A DNA stretch of 64,000 nt from an uncultured bacterium. Lineage in GTDB: Bacteria; CSSED10-310; CAZUFC01. The translations under genes and the position numbers were made by a program. This document shows positions 21,906-32,517 of the stretch, one piece after another. The DNA lies in NCBI GenBank assembly GCA_964619725.1, contig CAZUFC010000022.1, positions 15,879-79,878 on the forward strand, in the 5' to 3' direction. Position 1 is the first letter of the stretch; the number at the start of each line of letters is the position of its first letter. The notes under the pieces are model-generated. The model was not told where the DNA came from. It worked only from the letters and a program-made list of their open reading frames with translations, and did no database searches.

Positions 21906-22173
21906 AATATTGATCTTTGCATCATTGCCGATCTGGCAAACAACTGAAAAATTGACGTTATTAGAAAAATCAGACGGACTTTACTTGATCTTGTTTCAAG
22001 TCCAATGGACATCCTCGTTTATATCGAGGAAGAATTCAAGGAAAGAGCCAGGCTTAAAAATACGCTGTAGTACAAAATCGTAACTCATGGAATTCAGGTT
22101 TATGGATAATAAAAAAATATCCGAAGAGTGGTTCATGATCGCTGATATGAATTTAGCATCAGCGAAATATTGA
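21906..22173 (+). pseudogene. Degraded minimal nucleotidyltransferase (MNT) + HEPN pair
   Basis: Manual translation: NIDLCIIADLANN*KIDVIRKIRR...PMDILVYIEEEFKERARLKNTL*YKIVTHGIQVYG*, overlapping MDNKKISEEWFMIADMNLASAKY* (ATG at 22102). Confidence 0.7.
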
Positions 22174-22269
22174 ATTTTTTATGTTTTCAATGCCTGTTAC
22201 CGATTCCCAGTTGTACGAATTGTAGCCTTAAAACACAGATATCTCATCAATACCGAAATCCAGCAATTC

Positions 22270-25200
22270 CTATTCATCAATAACGAACTGAACATACGGC
22301 TCCTCATCATTCTGCTTTAATGTCCGCAATTTTTCGTTCACCTTTTCGGCATATTGAGGAAAGCGGTCCGGGTCGTTCAGATTCCAGGATTTTATGACCT
22401 TGATGCAATCGGCCCTTACGCCCCAATCCTCATGTTCCAGCAGCGACAATAAGCTGAATTTAAGTCTCACGGCGGCATCGACCGGCTCCGTCAGTTGAAG
22501 GATTCTCAGAAGCGAGCGCAGCATCCTGGTATTGAGTTCATCATATTGGCTCAGTTCTGATTGGATCAGGGGAAAATATGGTTCGAAGTTCTCAGCGACA
22601 AGTGAACAAACGGCCTCACGAACGCTAACCAGCGGATAATCCATCAAAGGGCGCAACTCTCGCCAGTAGGAATTTTGCGACTGAGCGAGTTTTTCTGCAG
22701 CGGATAAAATAAAGTGTTCGGAATCGGATTCCTTCATAAGGTCGATAATTTTTTCATCGCCGACCCGGGAATTCAACTGTCCGAGGACTCGAACGGTCTG
22801 CCGCCGGAACTTTTCATCATCCAGAAGTTTCACGGCTTCGTCTTCCAGTTCTTTTATTTTCAGAACCCCTGCAAGGAAGAGTGCGCTGCTTTTGGCGGCC
22901 TGGTCGTCCTTTTCGAGTTTCCGTTTGAGCATTTTCCGTATTCGCTGGGGATATTTTTCATAGAGTTTCTTAAAGATGTCCTGGTGCGCGCGCATGGCGA
23001 GAGAACTGTTATCCGAGAGCTTATTTTCGATCAGAGGGAGTATCTTTTTACCTGCCCGGACTATTTTATTTCTTGCTGCGGGAACGATGATTCTGTTGTC
23101 TCCGACTTCCCAGCGGCAAGCCAGGGACCAGAGTTCATCAAAGGTTTCCTGATCGATGGGGCTTTTTTGGGAGAGTATTTCCGGCATATTGACGGTTTGT
23201 TCCGGCTTTTCCTGTGCGATATCCGTCTGTGGTTTTTCAGCCGGTTTTTCATCAGCCACATCCCATCCGACGCCGAACCGGTAATGAGACCACAATTTAC
23301 CGTCATCCATGATGCCCAGGTAGGCATCCTGACCCTGCGTATCGATCAGGACGCCGATGCTTAAGGTACCGCGGGCAGGTCTTCCGTAATTGATGCCGCC
23401 CTCTTTTTTTCCAGCATATACATCATCGCCGCTTCTGTCGAAGAAGAGACCGACGGCGTTTGTGAGACCGGAACCGTTGCAGCTTGTAGAGCCCAGGTAA
23501 CGATCATGCCCTTCGCGATCATGCAGAACGCTCGCCGCCCAGTCATGGCTGCCGCCTTGTCCCAATCCGTTGTGCATGATGTAGGAATCGCTTCCGGCCG
23601 CATCGATAAGTCCGCCCACGGCCAGATGAATGCCGCTGCCCTGGCCGTATTGAGTCATCTCATAAACGTCGTTGCCGCTGCGGTCACACAGCAGGCCAGC
23701 GCCGTACCAGTATCCAACGCCCTGGTTGTATATATCGCCCAGGTATCGATCATTGCCTTCTCCGTCTACAAGCAGAGCGATCCCACCGCCGTGATCGACC
23801 CCTCTGTCGCCTATGGAGAATCCCTGTGAAAAACTCTGATAACGGTCTGAAAAAAGAGGCGCATGGAGATATACTCCGCCGGCCTGATAAAGTTCATTTC
23901 CGCGCCTGTTTTCACAAACGGCGACGGAACGCATGCGAGCAAAAGCCTGGGCGGAACTCCAGGCCCTGTAAACGTCATTGTCGTAATTCGCTATACTTGC
24001 CGGATCAGGCGTTTCCTTATCTGCAGGAATATCGGGAGGACTCAAAAGAGCATCATCAATCATTATTCCGATGCCGTATGCCGCAGCTCCCTGAACATAA
24101 ACTTTTCCCTCATAGACATCACTGCCGCCGTCGTCATAAAAGGAGGCTATTCCGCAGGCCGCTGCACCCATTCCGAAGCTGCCGCAAAAGTAACGGTCAT
24201 TACCGCCGCCCAGATCGTAAAATGCAGCAACGCCCAGAAGCGCCGCTCCCAAAGTTACGTCCACATCACGGCAATCATAAATATCATCGCCGCCCAGGTC
24301 CGCAAAATAACCCCAACGCCGGTCTTTCGTGCCCCACGCTCCTCCTATCCGGCAACCCCTGTAAACATCGTCGCCGCCCGGATCGATCAAAAGCGCATAA
24401 TTACCCTCCCATAAGTCGTTATGAATAGTGCCGATTCCTATGCGGCCTTTATCCGTGTGGATTATCACCGGAGCCTCCGAAGGAAAACAGCTCGCCGGCA
24501 AATCCTTCAACCATATTGCGGGATCAGGCATGCTGCTGAAATAAATCTTCAGCAGTTCGATCAAAGACACATCTGCAGCTTTCTGCTGAAGATAATCATC
24601 CTCCATGTTTTCCAGTTCCTTCTCCCAGCGTTCCTGCTCCTCTTTCCCGTACGGAGAATCGATCGCCTCACGCCAGGATGCCAGGAAAGGAATATATTCA
24701 CGCAACATGGGAGACCAGCCGGAAAAGTTTATACTGTAAGCTTCATCCATCAAAACCCGACAGCTTGCCGTCAGTTCCCCCAAATTAGCTGGTTTCTCCG
24801 GTAGCGCGAGTCCTTCTTCGGGTATAGCGGAGTTGAGAAAAAGACCGGTATCGTCGTCGGCATCAAGATCAGGCAATAATGATGCGGCAATGCGGATATG
24901 CTCCGATGGCGATAAAGCTGGTCCTTCAGCAGACATCATACTGTCCGCAAGCGAATCAGTAAAAGGAGCTATATTCAATGGATTTGCCAGCATGTCCTTT
25001 ACGACCGGCAATGCAAAATGCCCATGAGCATTGTCTTTATCAAAATTCATGTCCTCCCGTTCAAGATTCGCCGCTTTCAAGGCCTTATCCAGCGCATGAA
25101 GTTCCTTTTCCGTATAAGTCCGTGAAAATTGCTTTTTCGCATCAAGCTCCGGCGCTCCCGCAAGAATTCTTGCTTCAGGCGATTCTTTCTGTGATGTTTG

Positions 25201-25287
25201 AGCAGATGAGAAAGGCAAACCGAGCGCCGCCGGCATTCCGATGATCCAGGCAATTTTCAGTGAGCCCAAAAAACGATAAAACTTCAT
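22270..25287 (-). CDS. Large secreted protein with DxxGxDxY/Gly-rich beta-solenoid-like repeats and C-terminal HEAT repeats
   Basis: 1005 aa; repeated D-x-x-G-[DN]-D-x-Y units separated by QG-x-G segments; HEAT-like tail (..VREA.., DWGVRAD). Confidence 0.8.
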   Translation of the reverse strand: MKFYRFLGSLKIAWIIGMPAALGLPFSSAQTSQKESPEARILAGAPELDAKKQFSRTYTEKELHALDKALKAANLEREDMNFDKDNAHGHFALPVVKDMLANPLNIAPFTDSLADSMMSAEGPALSPSEHIRIAASLLPDLDADDDTGLFLNSAIPEEGLALPEKPANLGELTASCRVLMDEAYSINFSGWSPMLREYIPFLASWREAIDSPYGKEEQERWEKELENMEDDYLQQKAADVSLIELLKIYFSSMPDPAIWLKDLPASCFPSEAPVIIHTDKGRIGIGTIHNDLWEGNYALLIDPGGDDVYRGCRIGGAWGTKDRRWGYFADLGGDDIYDCRDVDVTLGAALLGVAAFYDLGGGNDRYFCGSFGMGAAACGIASFYDDGGSDVYEGKVYVQGAAAYGIGIMIDDALLSPPDIPADKETPDPASIANYDNDVYRAWSSAQAFARMRSVAVCENRRGNELYQAGGVYLHAPLFSDRYQSFSQGFSIGDRGVDHGGGIALLVDGEGNDRYLGDIYNQGVGYWYGAGLLCDRSGNDVYEMTQYGQGSGIHLAVGGLIDAAGSDSYIMHNGLGQGGSHDWAASVLHDREGHDRYLGSTSCNGSGLTNAVGLFFDRSGDDVYAGKKEGGINYGRPARGTLSIGVLIDTQGQDAYLGIMDDGKLWSHYRFGVGWDVADEKPAEKPQTDIAQEKPEQTVNMPEILSQKSPIDQETFDELWSLACRWEVGDNRIIVPAARNKIVRAGKKILPLIENKLSDNSSLAMRAHQDIFKKLYEKYPQRIRKMLKRKLEKDDQAAKSSALFLAGVLKIKELEDEAVKLLDDEKFRRQTVRVLGQLNSRVGDEKIIDLMKESDSEHFILSAAEKLAQSQNSYWRELRPLMDYPLVSVREAVCSLVAENFEPYFPLIQSELSQYDELNTRMLRSLLRILQLTEPVDAAVRLKFSLLSLLEHEDWGVRADCIKVIKSWNLNDPDRFPQYAEKVNEKLRTLKQNDEEPYVQFVIDE

Positions 25288-25635
25288 AACGAAACCTCTC
25301 AGTCCTGATAAATGCTGTTATCAAAGCAGCCCTTTAATTTCCGACCGACATGAACTATAAATTCAGCGACAGCATTTGGCAAGCGCCTTATGAAAAAATC
25401 AGAAAAGCGCCGGCGCTGTATTTTTTGATTTAAAGCTTATACGGACTCTCCTGAATAGAAAAAAAGCGTTGTTTATTTTCAATCCTGTGAATTACTGAAA
25501 CAACGATAGAATCTCTTTATCCCCGGTCGTCTCGTTCCTTCCTGGATCAATATGGTATTTCCGGAATCTGCGATTGCGGTATGAATTTTGCTCCTTTGAT
25601 GAAAGCCTGATATCTTTTCTGCATGGAGAAAAAAA

Positions 25636-27729
25636 ATGTCGATAAACGCTTTAATATCAAGAAAAAAAAAGAACTTAATCGTCTCTTGGTTGTGGGCGAC
25701 TGTAGCTTCGGCCGCCTTTTGCCTCATAATTTTTTCAAGATCGGACGTTTTTGCGATGGAAAATTCAGAGGCGTCCCTGGGCGCCTATTTTTCTGCGCTG
25801 AAGAGCCACGAAGAATTCATGGCCCCTAATCCTGACATGCTGATTATAGGGGACGATCCGGCTGATGAGATGTTCATCATAACGGATTCATATCGTCACG
25901 AAGGCGATATCCGGGTGGTGAACCAGGGTAGTCTCATAGTTCAGGGACCGGACGGAACCCTGATTTTAAAGGGAAACATTCTGGTGCAGGATGAAGGGAT
26001 TTTTCGGGTGGAGGAAGGCAGTTTCATTATGGAGCAGAGGTATTGGTATGAACATCAATACGTGGCTATCGACGATGCGGCCATAGAGTTCATCAGCGCG
26101 TCGCTGAGTTACTCCGGCGTGCCGGGCAATGCCTATTTCAGCGGTCAGAGCCAGATCGTATTTGAAGATACTGAATCTGATATTCATGCGACAGCGCTTT
26201 TAGAGGGAGAAGCCCTCCTGGAGATATCCGGTTCCAGCCGCAGTATTGAAGCTATCCTGACGGATGGATCGGAATTATTCATTTCGAACAGCTCTGAATC
26301 AATCCTGTGGTTGGGATTCACTGAGGGCGAGACTGCGGATTTCAGTTTTCCCGATACAAGCGGAAATTTAACGTAGGAATTCAGTTCGGACCTTCCGGGA
26401 GTGAACGGAGTGGACTTCAGGCTGACGGCGGTAAACTGCACGGATACTACTTTGGGCATGATAAGCTGGATGGGCAGCGACATTACCGTGAGAGATTCCA
26501 TATTGAGAGTCTGCGGCATCGTCATGGAAGGAGGCGATCCTCAGAGTTTATCAGGCATAGTCAATGGAACGCAGTATGAGGATTTTATTTTTTCGCTGAC
26601 AGATCGAACCTTGAGGATGATCGATACGCAGGTAAAGACCTGGAATATGTACGCATTCAACGACCAGGAACTGGAGTTCGAAAACTGTCTTTTAGGCGAG
26701 GTTCATGCTTACGGGGAGTCGGAAGTATTAATGACTCATTGTGTCATAGACGGAACCGGCGGTTATCTCGGCGTTACGGAGCAGGCCAGTCTTAATTTTC
26801 AATTTTCTTCTGCAACCTGCCAGGTTCTGGCTACCGATCAAAGCGAATTAATTTATGTTTACTCAGGGCATTTATTCGGCAGATTCCTGCTTACGGATAA
26901 TTCTCACGCTCTTCTGTTCAACGCGTCGCTTTTAAGAGGCGTCGAACCGGTTGATTCGGCAGTTGTTTTCGATTCCGCAATTACTCATCCCGTTTCACCC
27001 GCACCGGTTAATTGCGATCTGCCGGTCATGGGAACCGCTCGCGTTTTAACAGGACCTGATATTTCTTTCCTGATGGAAGCCTATTGGTTGGACTACGGAG
27101 AAGGATATGAACCGGAAACATGGCATCCCGTGGGCGGACGCCATGAGTATGAAGTGCACAAAGGTCTGCTGGAAACCTGGGATACGAGCGGACTGGTTCC
27201 CGGTCCTTATCAGTTGCGTCTTACCATCGAACTGGAATCCGGCGATGCCTTTTCCATAGTCAATCCCGTGGAGCTGGCCGCCATACCGACCTATACGAAC
27301 ACTCCCTCGCCGACACCAGGACCGACAACCACTCCGACACCCGGTTATCCTTTTGGAGTCCGCCTGGACATGCCCACATTCGTCAGCCCCGGTGAAGATT
27401 TCTGGATAACGGCCTATCTCGATAATCCCGGCCAACCCCGCAACGATGTGCCGCTTTTCCTTTTCCTTGAAGCATTCGAAAGTTACTGGTTCTGGCCAGG
27501 ATGGACGCATTACTCGCCGCCGAACACATCCGGAATAGATTACGATATGATATACCTACCGGCCGGAACCTCATCCGTAGAAGCCCTGTCGCTCATCCAA
27601 TGGCCTGATACAGGCGACGAATCCGTAACCGGCCTCTTCTTCTACGGCGCTATGCTAACTCAGGACATGACCGCAATAGAAGGAGAATGGTCCGTTGTAG
27701 CATGGGGATACGGGCCGCAGGATACATGA
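25636..27729 (+). pseudogene. Secreted beta-rich protein with a PT linker and the shared C-terminal domain, interrupted by one in-frame TAG (26374-26376)
   Basis: ORFs 25636-26376 and 26401-27729 are in the same frame, joined by TAG + 8 sense codons (..GNLT*EFSSDLPGVNG..). The second ORF has no clear RBS or signal peptide. Confidence 0.7.
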
Positions 27730-27861
27730 TCAAGAATACAGGCTTGCCCGTTTCAGAGGCTGAACCCGAAAAAATTACAAATATTTGTACAAAGGTTTAC
27801 AGGGATAAAGATGGCTTACATGCTGCCTCTGCTGTAAGTTTTACATTTCTTTGCGTGACAG

Positions 27862-28025
27862 GTCTGCGGAGGGCTCTGACCCCGCTCCGGATACTTGATG
27901 AACCATGGCGGTTCTTTTTTCGTAATAGTTTGCGGAGGGCTCTGACCCCGCTCCGGATGCTTGATGAATGAAGGGGATCCTTTTTTCGTAATAGCTTGTG
28001 GAGTGCTCTTAACCTTTTTCGGATG
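27862..28025. repeat. 66-bp-period tandem repeat (2 intact + 1 degenerate REP-like motif)
   Basis: AGGGCTCTGACCCC at 27870 and 27936; degenerate AGTGCTCTTAACCT at 28002. Confidence 0.9.
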
Positions 28026-28146
28026 GGGTGATTGGTCATGCCCCGCTCTTGATCAGCCTGATTTTTTTGACATTTACTCTCTTTTTTACCTAATCTGTCA
28101 ATGAAGAATCAGAATCTGCCCCGAGCGAGAGGAGGACGAAGGATTC

Positions 28147-28812
28147 ATGAAATATTTCTATTGTTTATTGATCCTCGTCATCGCAGTTCAAACGGCATCA
28201 GGCAAAGAGCCGCAGGAAAAAGAAATATGGTATGTGAGTCCTGAATTCGATAAACTGAAACCTGATACGGTGGCGGTATTGCCGATGGACAATTTATCGT
28301 TCGAGCCTGAAACTGCGGCCATGCTTCGGGAAGAGGTATACGAAAGACTTCAGCAGAAGGGTTACAGAAAAATAAAAACCGAGCTGGTGGATCAGGCTAT
28401 GAAGGAATTAGGAATACAAACGGCCGGGCAATTATCGGGCATATCGCCTGAAAAACTGGGCCAAAAGACAAAAAGCGATGCCATTATCGCGGGCCAGGTC
28501 GATCAATCGGCAGCGGTTCATTCCGGAGTATATGACGCTTTTACGGTCGTGGTTTCATTACGGTTGATCCATTGTGATACGGGAAAGCTTCTCTGGAAAA
28601 CGGAACAATGGAGGAGCGCTCACCGTCAATGGCAGGGAGACCCGATAAACCTCCTGATAAACTTTATTCATCATGAAAAGGCAGACAGGAGAAAACAAAC
28701 GGCCTGGCTGGTGCAGGAGATGCTGAAAACATTACCGGATGGGAAAATTCACATTGACGAGGATAATCTCCTGGAGCAGGCGATTGAAATTCAAGCGGAG
28801 GAGAGTCCATGA
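28147..28812 (+). CDS. DUF799/GNA1162-like exported protein (TolB-N/CsgG-like fold)
   Basis: VAVLPMDN...L..KGY...VD..L...GI...LG....DAII.G.V...LRLI...TGKLLW pattern. Confidence 0.7.
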   Translation: MKYFYCLLILVIAVQTASGKEPQEKEIWYVSPEFDKLKPDTVAVLPMDNLSFEPETAAMLREEVYERLQQKGYRKIKTELVDQAMKELGIQTAGQLSGISPEKLGQKTKSDAIIAGQVDQSAAVHSGVYDAFTVVVSLRLIHCDTGKLLWKTEQWRSAHRQWQGDPINLLINFIHHEKADRRKQTAWLVQEMLKTLPDGKIHIDEDNLLEQAIEIQAEESP

Positions 28813-29483
28813 CAAAATATTATCGTGCGATGCTGTTTCTATTGGCGATTACATTGGCGGCGGGTTGCGCAACAACCCGGGAACCGGTCGCTGAAAATCA
28901 AACGGATGAATTGCCGCCTTTGCCTGCGCCGCCCGAACAAAGGCCGCTTATCGCCATAGCCGGTTTCCAGAATAAAAGCGCTTATGCCGCCGACAAATTG
29001 TGGGAAACTTCGGCGGAAATGCTTATGAGTCGATTGATTCGGGCAGGATATTTTCGAGTGGTTGAATGGGAGCGGATGAAGCAATTGTTCGATCGGGAGG
29101 CGTTAAGTACATGCAGCCTGGTCTATGACCGCAGTCAGATGACGGAAGCCCAGAAAATATTGCTGTGTGAGTATTTTTTATCAGGGGCAGTGACCCGCTT
29201 CGACGTCAGTCAAACCGGTAAAGTGAGCGCCATGAAGAAGGTGAAGCATTTCACCACCACGGTGCGCATTGATCTTCTTCTGCAGAACGCTCGCACAGGC
29301 GAATACATTGGAACCGGCATAGGCCGCGCAACGGAAGAACAGGAGTTCCGTGGAGGTATGAGCGGCGGCACTACGGGAACCTGGGACCCCGCCTCGGCAA
29401 ATGAAGCCCTGGAAAAGGCTATTGCTGCCGGAGTCAATGAACTCATAATTAATTACGATCTTAATCGGAGGGCGGCTCAATGA
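28809..29483 (+). CDS. CsgG/HfaB-family lipoprotein
   Basis: Lipobox AAGC; IAIAGFQNKS, FRVVEWERM, LSGAVTRF and RIDL...TGE motifs. Confidence 0.8.
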   Translation: MTKYYRAMLFLLAITLAAGCATTREPVAENQTDELPPLPAPPEQRPLIAIAGFQNKSAYAADKLWETSAEMLMSRLIRAGYFRVVEWERMKQLFDREALSTCSLVYDRSQMTEAQKILLCEYFLSGAVTRFDVSQTGKVSAMKKVKHFTTTVRIDLLLQNARTGEYIGTGIGRATEEQEFRGGMSGGTTGTWDPASANEALEKAIAAGVNELIINYDLNRRAAQ

Positions 29484-30769
29484 TTCGAGGACCATACTTC
29501 CATCACGTCAATCGATTTAAAAAAGCCTGCAGAAAGGTTATATGTCATACATCGATTATAATATTCCTGGCATTATACGCTTTGCCGGCAAAAGGACAAA
29601 CAGAAGATTCCGAACTCATAGCCATACAAAAATCCGGACAAAGCCGCATTGCTTCCGGGGACCTGAGCCGGGCCAGGTTGGATGCCGTTCGCGAGGCATA
29701 CAAGGATGCCGTGGGTGAAGGAGCGGGCGAAGATATCGGGGAATTGTTGCTCTTTCAGAACCTGAAACGGCTTACTGAGATAATAGTTACGCGTTCCCCG
29801 GGCTTTGTTAATAATTACCTGGTGGTTGATGAAGGCCCCACACGAGAAAACATGGATATTTACCAGGTAGCGATTAAGGCCGATGTCGCTTCCAGAACGC
29901 TTTCCAGGAAACCCGCCGAACCCGGACTGAAAAAATATGTGGAATTGCTGGAGAATCCCAAAATACTGGTGATGCTGCCGGAAGTTGACCTGGACGAAGA
30001 TACGCAGACAACGTATGAACGCTCCTTCGAATCCGGCGGTACATCCTTCAGGTCCACAGAAGCAGCCGCAGCCAGAGCTTTCGCCGAACTGGGCTACCAG
30101 GTTGGTACATCGGACGATCTTCTCGCCAATGAAACTATAACGTCCGAAATGCTCGAACAAGCCAAATCGGGCGTGTCCGCTCAAGCAGTAAAAGTAGCCA
30201 AAGCTGTAGATGCCGATATCCTCCTTACAGGAGTCATCAGGACTAAAACGGAAAAGATGGATGTCAATAATGTGCCGCTGTTTATGACCAATGCGGAACT
30301 TTCAGCCAAAGCCGTCATTATTTCCTCAGGAAAAACAGCCGGCGCCTATCACTTTACGGAAAGAGCATCATTCCCGGAAAAAACAAAATCCCGCTCAGAC
30401 TGCCTGGATAATCTGGCCGACAAGATAGCCGCAGACCTGATATGGAAAATCCCGGCCATACTGGCTTATGAACTGAGAGAAACCGCTCTGAAAATCTCGA
30501 ACATAAGCAAGATTCAAACCCTGGATATAAAAGATGCACTGAAAAAACTGCCGGGCATTGAAAAAGTTACAATTACAACCTTCCCCGATAAAACCAATAA
30601 TCGAGCCGAATTCATAATCGCAACCGCATACCTGCGCCTACCCAACGAGGACCTCCTCCAGCAATGCAAACTGGCCCTGAATTATCCCCTGGAAACCGTC
30701 AACGCCGATAAATACGAGATAAATTGTAAATTGCCCGAAGGAGAGTCCCAAAAAGCTATCGATTTATAA
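29480..30769 (+). CDS. FlgT N-terminal-like exported protein
   Basis: G.S.I...D...AR..A...A...AV N-terminus, followed by a CsgG-like middle domain; ATGA overlap. Confidence 0.55.
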   Translation: MIRGPYFHHVNRFKKACRKVICHTSIIIFLALYALPAKGQTEDSELIAIQKSGQSRIASGDLSRARLDAVREAYKDAVGEGAGEDIGELLLFQNLKRLTEIIVTRSPGFVNNYLVVDEGPTRENMDIYQVAIKADVASRTLSRKPAEPGLKKYVELLENPKILVMLPEVDLDEDTQTTYERSFESGGTSFRSTEAAAARAFAELGYQVGTSDDLLANETITSEMLEQAKSGVSAQAVKVAKAVDADILLTGVIRTKTEKMDVNNVPLFMTNAELSAKAVIISSGKTAGAYHFTERASFPEKTKSRSDCLDNLADKIAADLIWKIPAILAYELRETALKISNISKIQTLDIKDALKKLPGIEKVTITTFPDKTNNRAEFIIATAYLRLPNEDLLQQCKLALNYPLETVNADKYEINCKLPEGESQKAIDL

Positions 30770-31098
30770 TACTGGGGCTGATCGAACTGGGATTACATTT
30801 TTTAATGAAATATTAGACTTATTGACATCCTCATCAAGAAAAATACCTGTACAACAACTATGTGATTGACGGGCTCACCGCTGTTTTTTCATCAAGGGTC
30901 GTTAAATCCGGTATCGGTATCGTAGTCGGAATAAATAATTACGAGGAAAGGTGTTTTGTCTTTATCAGGTTTTCAAGTCTTCTCAGTTGTTCGAGGCTGC
31001 GAAAATTGTAAATGCGAAACAAGAGTGTTTGATCAGTCCCAATCATTCAAGCAATGCTGAAAATAGAAATGTAAACCATTGCTGGACCAATCACGGCA

Positions 31099-32364
31099 TT
31101 AAGTACGAAGCGCTTCAGCGGCGTTAAGTTTAGCGGCGCGTATGGAAGGCGCTATTCCGGCTGCGATGCCGACGCTGACTGCGGTAATTACCGCAACGGC
31201 AGCGGCTGTCGCCGTTGTTGCCGTGATAATATTGAAATAGCGCTCGATGAATTCCGCAGCCGCTGTTCCCAGGAAGAATCCTGAAACCGCGCCCGCCATT
31301 GAAATGAAGATCGCTTCCAGCAGGAATTGAAGCAATATCTGATTCCGTGAAGCGCCGGCGGCCCTCCTTATTCCGATTTCACGGGTTCTTTCCGAAACGT
31401 TGGCGTACATTATGTTCATAATACCTATACCTCCGACCAGCAATGATATTCCGGTAATGCAGCCCAACACTATATTGAATGTCCGGCGAGCTCTGGCGGC
31501 TTGCTGCATGAGCTCCTGCGGGATTATTATTTGGAAGCCGTCCCGTTGCCGGCGGGCGTTGCTTAAAATGCGACGGACTACATCGGCCGCTTTGGAAATA
31601 TCCGTTGACGCAGGAAACTTGAGAACGATCTGGTTGAGGGCAGGGCGGTCATTATCAACTGTTTTCATTCCTGCGGAGGGAGCAGAACCGATTGGTATTA
31701 TGATGGTCCGATTTAAATCGCGAATGCTTACCGGACCTGCTTTTCCGGTATTTATCTTCCTGGTGTCCAGTACGCCCACTATCTTGAAAAGTTCATTTCC
31801 TATCTGAATATATTCCCCGGGTTTACCTTCGGGACCCAGTTCTTCACATACTTCACATCCAATAACCGCTATCCCGGCGCTTTCGACTATATCAGTCCTG
31901 CAGATGAATCGCCCGCTTTTTACACTCAGTTCTTTTGTCTTTCCGTAATCATCATTAACCGCTATTATTTCAGCTTTCATCGTCAGTGCGGGCGTCAACG
32001 CTTGAACATCTATGATGCCGGCGGCGGCTTCCACGTTCAACCCGGCCTTTAATCGCTCTATATCCGAAAAGAGGAGCGTATCTTTCCAGGTATTGTCTGC
32101 GGAATCAGTATCAGAATAACCGGATTTTATTATTAAATTATGCGCTCCCAGTTCTTCGATCTGACTGATTACCTGCTTTTTCAGTCCTTCGGCTACCGAA
32201 GTCATGGCGATCAGAGATGCGACGCCGAAAATTATGCCGAATGTGCTCAAAACGCTGCGCAGACGATTGGAAAGGAGCGAACGGTAGGCAGCTTTAGTAA
32301 TTTTCCAGGCGATCAGGCAGTAATGTATGAGTTTGTTATCTTCTTTCATTTTCTGCCGGCTCAT
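31099..32364 (-). CDS. MacB/FtsX-type ABC transporter permease
   Basis: NRLRSVLSTFGIIFGVAS and SLLVGGIGIMNIMYANVSERTREIGIRRAAGA motifs. Confidence 0.93.
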   Translation of the reverse strand: MSRQKMKEDNKLIHYCLIAWKITKAAYRSLLSNRLRSVLSTFGIIFGVASLIAMTSVAEGLKKQVISQIEELGAHNLIIKSGYSDTDSADNTWKDTLLFSDIERLKAGLNVEAAAGIIDVQALTPALTMKAEIIAVNDDYGKTKELSVKSGRFICRTDIVESAGIAVIGCEVCEELGPEGKPGEYIQIGNELFKIVGVLDTRKINTGKAGPVSIRDLNRTIIIPIGSAPSAGMKTVDNDRPALNQIVLKFPASTDISKAADVVRRILSNARRQRDGFQIIIPQELMQQAARARRTFNIVLGCITGISLLVGGIGIMNIMYANVSERTREIGIRRAAGASRNQILLQFLLEAIFISMAGAVSGFFLGTAAAEFIERYFNIITATTATAAAVAVITAVSVGIAAGIAPSIRAAKLNAAEALRT

Positions 32365-32517
32365 AATGAATCAGTATTGTGATTTGGAGTTTGTGCCTGA
32401 TGGAAAGGGCGGCATTTATCGCTGCCCCCGCCTGATCATCCCGTTTTTTAGAATGCACGGTTTTACCTCTGTTTTATTCAGTAGCTGAATCCGGCCTCAT
32501 TAGCCATTTTTTCCGTA

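Noticed and set aside
27862-28025. CRISPR array (66-bp period)
   Set aside because: Only 2-3 units, the would-be spacers resemble each other, there are no cas genes, and the same motif is dispersed through the window.
27687-28039. Small ORFs with LRRALTP / GVRALR repeats (also 57699-57974 and 63455-63655)
   Set aside because: They are translations of the REP-like repeat, with no RBS or coding support.
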